Shown here: piece after piece, positions 7,447 through 12,974 of the stretch
How the letters are laid out: each line of letters begins with the position of its first letter
Numbering within the stretch: position 1 is the stretch's first letter
Source of the DNA: Myxococcota bacterium
GTDB lineage: Bacteria > Myxococcota_A > UBA9160 > UBA4427
Assembly (NCBI GenBank): GCA_036336835.1
Contig: JAYZFK010000023.1
Coordinates: 1 to 12,974, forward strand
Direction of reading: 5' to 3'
Length of the DNA: 12,974 nucleotides
Made by a program: the position numbers and the translations under genes
Notes under the pieces: model-generated
The model's input: the letters and a program-made list of their open reading frames with translations, nothing else
Databases searched by the model: none
Told to the model about the DNA's origin: nothing

Positions 7447-8669
7447 TGTCGGCTGTGCCGCCCCGCGCACGCCGGCGCGATCTCATCTGGTTCGCCGCCG
7501 GGGTCGTCCTGCCGGTGCCGTGGGTCGTAGCCGAATCGTTCGGCGGTCTGGGCATCGATCCGCTCTGGATCGCGCTGCTCGCGGGCCTGGCGATCCTGGG
7601 CGCGGCCTTCATGTTGTCGTGGTCGTGCGAGGTGGCGGAGCGCGACATCCCGCAGGCGCTCGCCCTGTTGGTGCTGGCGCTGGTGGGTGTACTGCCGGAG
7701 TACGCGGTCGATCTCGCTTTTGCCTGGCGGGCAGGGATCGATCCGGAGTGGGCGCAGTACGCCGTCGCCAACATGACGGGCGCCAACCGGCTGTTGATTG
7801 GCGTCGGCTGGACGTTCGTCGTCCTGGTCGGGTGCAGCGCCAGCCGCTCGCCGTCGCTCGCCGTCGATCCGCGCCAGCAGCTCGAAATCCGCTTCCTGAT
7901 CTGGGCGACACTGTACTCGTTCCTGATTCCTCTGAACGGACAGATCGACTGGCTCGACACGCTCGTGTTGTTTGGACTCTTTGCGGCCTATGTCGTGGCC
8001 GCCACTCGCAGCCACGAAAACGTCGAAGAAGAGTTGCTGGGGCCGGCACTGCTGATCGATCTGCACTTCAGCGATGGTGCACGTCGCCTGTGGGCGCTCG
8101 GCCTGTTCGTGGCCGCCGCGTACGCGATCTGGGTTTCCGCCGAGCCGTTTGCGGAGAGCCTGGTCCACGTGGGCCGCAACTACGACGTCGATGAGTTCCT
8201 GCTGGTCCAGTGGATCGCGCCGCTGGCCTCCGAGTCGCCGGAGTTCGTGGTGGCGGTCTTGTTTGCCATGCGCTTGCGGGGCTCCGTCGGGATCGGCGCT
8301 CTGGTGTCGTCCAAGGTCAACCAGTGGACGTTGCTGGTCGGCTCGATCGCGGTCGCATTCATGCTGTCCGCGGGCAGCTGGTCCGGCCTGCCGCTCGACG
8401 AGCGTCAGACCTCGGAGTTGTTCCTCACCTCCGCGCAGTCGCTGTTTGCGGCCGTCCTACTGGCGGATCTCGATTTCTCGAGGCGCAAGGCTCTGGTGCT
8501 CTTCGTCCTGTTCGCGCTGCAGTTCTCGTTTCCCGAGACGCACGATGCCTTCACCTGGATCTACCTGGGACTCGCGGCCTCCTATCTGGCGTTCGGCCCG
8601 CCCGCAAGCCGGCGTGCTTTCTTCCGGCTCGTGGCCTCCTGGCCGGCGCGCCGGCGCGGTGCGCTCTGA
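7446..8669 (+). CDS. CaCA-family cation antiporter (Na+/Ca2+ exchanger-like)
   Basis: Two alpha-repeats (GVLPEYAVD...ANMTGAN; PLASESPEF...SSKVNQ) and many TM helices. TGATG overlap with the kinase stop indicates translational coupling. Confidence 0.85.
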   Translation: MSAVPPRARRRDLIWFAAGVVLPVPWVVAESFGGLGIDPLWIALLAGLAILGAAFMLSWSCEVAERDIPQALALLVLALVGVLPEYAVDLAFAWRAGIDPEWAQYAVANMTGANRLLIGVGWTFVVLVGCSASRSPSLAVDPRQQLEIRFLIWATLYSFLIPLNGQIDWLDTLVLFGLFAAYVVAATRSHENVEEELLGPALLIDLHFSDGARRLWALGLFVAAAYAIWVSAEPFAESLVHVGRNYDVDEFLLVQWIAPLASESPEFVVAVLFAMRLRGSVGIGALVSSKVNQWTLLVGSIAVAFMLSAGSWSGLPLDERQTSELFLTSAQSLFAAVLLADLDFSRRKALVLFVLFALQFSFPETHDAFTWIYLGLAASYLAFGPPASRRAFFRLVASWPARRRGAL

Positions 8670-8693
8670 CGCGTTGGCCTTCGACTCCAGCGG

Positions 8694-9503
8694 TTAGGGA
8701 TGGACGACCGCGGTCGAGATGTTGTCGCCGCTGCGCCTCTTGCGATGGGAGGCGTTGGCGCGCTCGGCCAGCTCGCGGGCCAGCCACTGATTGCGGCGTC
8801 CGGGCTCGATCTCTCGGGCGGCGGTGACGGCTTCGAAGACCGCAGCCGCCGGGTCGTCGAGGCCGATGCCGTTCTCGGAGAGGCCGTCGGATGCGAGCAC
8901 GACCGCCCGGATGTCGCCGAGCGGCTCGAACCCGAGCGATGTCGCGTCGCGGTGCCAGCTCTCCGGGGGCTTGCCGAGGAAGTACCCACGACGGGACTCG
9001 TCGGCCCGCAGGCCGAGGTCGTGTGCCGCCGCAGCGTCGACGCGAAACGCGTGGCTGTCGCCCACGCAGCACCAGGCCCAGCAGCCCTCGCGCTGGCGAA
9101 CGACCGCCAGCGAGAGGGTCGTTGGGGCGAGCGCGAGCTGGTGGGCAGCCCTGTATTCGTCGATCCCGCTTGCGGCCGCGCGGACGCCTGCATAGAGAAA
9201 GTCGCACCAGCCGGCTGCATCGAGCGACGGCGGTCGAGCCGCACAGGCCGCGGGTGCAAGCTCGGCTTCGATGCCTTCGATCAGCCGGCGCGCCCCGTAC
9301 TCGCCGTTGTGGCCGTCGGCCAGTGCGACCAGCACGCCGCCTTCGCCGATCGCGAACAGGCAGGCGTCCTCGTTGGGATCGACGTAGTCGTAGACCTTGG
9401 GGGCGCCGCCGCGCGACAGCGCGATGGCGGCGGGACCCTCTGCAATCGTCTCGATCGTGCCCAGCCGATCGCAGTCGCGTCCTCGCAGCAGGGCCGAGCG
9501 CAA
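8694..9503 (-). CDS. PP2C/PPM-type protein phosphatase domain protein
   Basis: NEDA, ADGHNG, TT, VGDS, LASDGL and DNIS motifs in the C-terminal half of track ORF 8694..10292; the upstream half of that ORF is an off-frame shadow of the desaturase. Start uncertain: TTG 9503 (MRSALLRGRD). Confidence 0.82.
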   Translation of the reverse strand: MRSALLRGRDCDRLGTIETIAEGPAAIALSRGGAPKVYDYVDPNEDACLFAIGEGGVLVALADGHNGEYGARRLIEGIEAELAPAACAARPPSLDAAGWCDFLYAGVRAAASGIDEYRAAHQLALAPTTLSLAVVRQREGCWAWCCVGDSHAFRVDAAAAHDLGLRADESRRGYFLGKPPESWHRDATSLGFEPLGDIRAVVLASDGLSENGIGLDDPAAAVFEAVTAAREIEPGRRNQWLARELAERANASHRKRRSGDNISTAVVHP

Positions 9504-9589
9504 GGGGTCAGCTCGCCTGGTTCTCGGGGAGTGCCGACATGGCGGGCCAGTATACGGCCCCTGGGTGAAGCGTCGCCGCAACCCCCGTG

Positions 9590-10513
9590 TCAGTGCGGTG
9601 GTTCGACCAGGGCGCGTGGAGGAGTTCGCAGGGCCCGCACGACGCCCAGCTTCGCGAGTCCGCGCAGCAGGTACCAGGTGACGTCGATCTCCCACCAGAA
9701 GAAGCCGTTGCGGGCGGATGCCATGTAGCGGTGGTGGTTGTTGTGCCAGCCCTCGCCGAGCGTGAGCAGGGCGAGCCAGGCGTTGTTGCGGCTGTCGTCG
9801 CCGGTGTCGTAGCGGACGCTGCCGTAGCGGTGGGCCAGCGAGTTGATGGTGTAGGTCGAGTGCCAGAGCAGGGTGGTGGAGATGCTGAAACCCCAGACGA
9901 GGCCCGAAAACCCACCGACGGCCAGGCAGAAGACGCCCAGCGCGAGCGGCGGCACGAAGTGGTACCGGTTCAGCCACACGAGCTCTGGGAAGCGTGCGAA
10001 GTCGGCGATCTGGTCGACCTCGGTCTCGGACCAGCGCAGGTCGAAGACCCAGCCCTGGTGCGCATACCACAAACCTTCGCGTGGCGAGTGCAGATCCCCC
10101 GGCTGATCGGAGTAGCGGTGGTGACGTCGGTGACCGGAGGCCCACCAGAGCGGCCCCTTCTGGACTGCGCTGCAGCCGAGTGCTGCCAACGCGAACTGGA
10201 ACACGCGCCCGGTGCGGTATGTGCGGTGGGCGAAGTAGCGGTGATAGCCGCCCGTGATCCCGAACATCCGCAGCCAGAAGAAGCCGAGGCACAGCGCGAC
10301 GTCGAGCGTGCTGACTCCGGTCACGAGCGCGAGGGCGCAGCTGGCGTGGATGCCCCAGTACAGCCAGGCCGCGAGGTCGCCGTGTCGCAGCCAGGCGCCG
10401 TCCGGGTCGGCCTCGGGGGCCGCGGGCCGCTGCGCGGCGCTGCGCGGCGCAGCGATCGGCAGGGCGGACGAGCGCGGGGTTGTCGAGAGGGTCGATTCGA
10501 TCGAGCTTGCCAT
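9590..10513 (-). CDS. Membrane fatty acid desaturase, delta-9 acyl-CoA/acyl-lipid-like
   Basis: His boxes GYHRYFAH, HRRHH and GEGWHNNHH, plus DLHSP and INSLAH. SD-like AGGAAG upstream. Confidence 0.93.
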   Translation of the reverse strand: MASSIESTLSTTPRSSALPIAAPRSAAQRPAAPEADPDGAWLRHGDLAAWLYWGIHASCALALVTGVSTLDVALCLGFFWLRMFGITGGYHRYFAHRTYRTGRVFQFALAALGCSAVQKGPLWWASGHRRHHRYSDQPGDLHSPREGLWYAHQGWVFDLRWSETEVDQIADFARFPELVWLNRYHFVPPLALGVFCLAVGGFSGLVWGFSISTTLLWHSTYTINSLAHRYGSVRYDTGDDSRNNAWLALLTLGEGWHNNHHRYMASARNGFFWWEIDVTWYLLRGLAKLGVVRALRTPPRALVEPPH

Positions 10514-10742
10514 GAGCTTCCTAGCGGGTACGGGTGGGCGCGTTGGGGGTTGCCGCGGTCCCGATCCGGGGATGTCGCGGAACCTACGGATCTAAGCGGC
10601 CGTCCGCAGCGCCGGCGGTGTGAAAGTTCGGTAAAAGCCGGCGACGCTGCCCTGCGCTAGGCTGCGCGCTCACGCGCTGCTTCCCCGGGGAGCAGTGGCC
10701 CCCCGCTATACCCGGCTCCATCTGCTCTTCGAGGACCCGACC

Positions 10743-12578
<1,836 letters not shown>

Positions 12579-12611
12579 CCTGGCCTGGGGCAGTTCGACA
12601 CGACGGCGGGG

Positions 12612-12974
12612 TTGCGTTTGAGGCTTACTGCGGCGGAAGGGCTCGGTTATCGCTCGGATGGGCTGTTCGTTCGCGAGGCGGTGTTCTCCGGCGCGGAGAT
12701 CGAAGAGCTTCGCGATGCTGCCGAGCGCGTTGTCCGGCTGGCGGCGGGCTCGCTCGGGAGCGGGGATCGGTACTCGATCGACGGCAATCGTTATGTCGAG
12801 GCGAACGATACGACGGTGCAGCTCGAGCACTCGCCCGGAAGCTCGACGATCCGGGTGATCGAGCCGTTCCATCATTTCGATCGCCGCTTCGAGCGGCTGG
12901 GCGGCGGTGCGCGGGGGGGGGGGCCCCGGGGGGGCGGGCGGGGGAGCGCCCCCGGGTGGCGGGGGGACGCCCAC
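12612..12974 (+). CDS. Partial phytanoyl-CoA dioxygenase (PhyH)-family protein, 3' truncated
   Basis: Absent from the ORF track because it has no stop. Reads MRLRLTAAEGLGYRSDGLFVREAVFSGAEIEELRDAAERV...IRVIEPFHHFDRRFERL, the typical PhyH N-terminus (Y..DG..V...F...EI..LR). The HxD motif is not reached and sequence after about 12900 is unreliable. Start TTG 12612 or 12618. Confidence 0.65.
   Translation, partial: MRLRLTAAEGLGYRSDGLFVREAVFSGAEIEELRDAAERVVRLAAGSLGSGDRYSIDGNRYVEANDTTVQLEHSPGSSTIRVIEPFHHFDRRFERLGGGARGGGPRGGGRGSAPGWRGDAH
12900..12974. other. G-rich low-complexity tail, probable sequencing or contig-end artefact
   Basis: Abrupt switch from normal coding sequence to long G runs at the end of the window. 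Confidence 0.7.

Noticed and set aside
9508..9510. Second selenocysteine read-through at the leader ORF TGA
   Set aside because: Read-through in that frame gives Arg-rich sequence with no redox motif; the phosphatase is in another frame.
12900..12974. G-quadruplex or Gly-rich repeat
   Set aside because: It interrupts a normal gene at the sequence end and looks like poly-G base-calling decay.

Overview
High-GC bacterial chromosomal window, gene-dense, mostly housekeeping and accessory metabolism; no mobile element, CRISPR array, rRNA or tRNA recognised. In order: partial membrane-protein 5' end (-); a membrane-anchored peroxiredoxin-like (AhpC/TSA) gene that the ORF track splits in two at an in-frame TGA (-); GT-C-like polytopic membrane protein (+); superinfection-immunity-family membrane protein (-); sulfotransferase and family III CoA-transferase (+); metF-purN (-); PfkB nucleoside/adenosine kinase and CaCA antiporter (+); PP2C-like phosphatase and delta-9-like desaturase (-); typA/bipA (+); partial PhyH-like dioxygenase running into a low-quality G-rich end. 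The main finding is a probable selenoprotein at 125..904 (-): FYRGHW-U-PFC (UxxC), with an fdhF-like bacterial SECIS hairpin just downstream of the UGA, fused to three N-terminal TM helices that predict an extracytoplasmic redox domain. Secondary findings are recurrent TAnnnT boxes 6-9 nt before SD-less ATGs (probable leaderless transcription) and a 10-codon leader ORF or frameshift ahead of the phosphatase. All calls come from reading the sequence; no searches were run.
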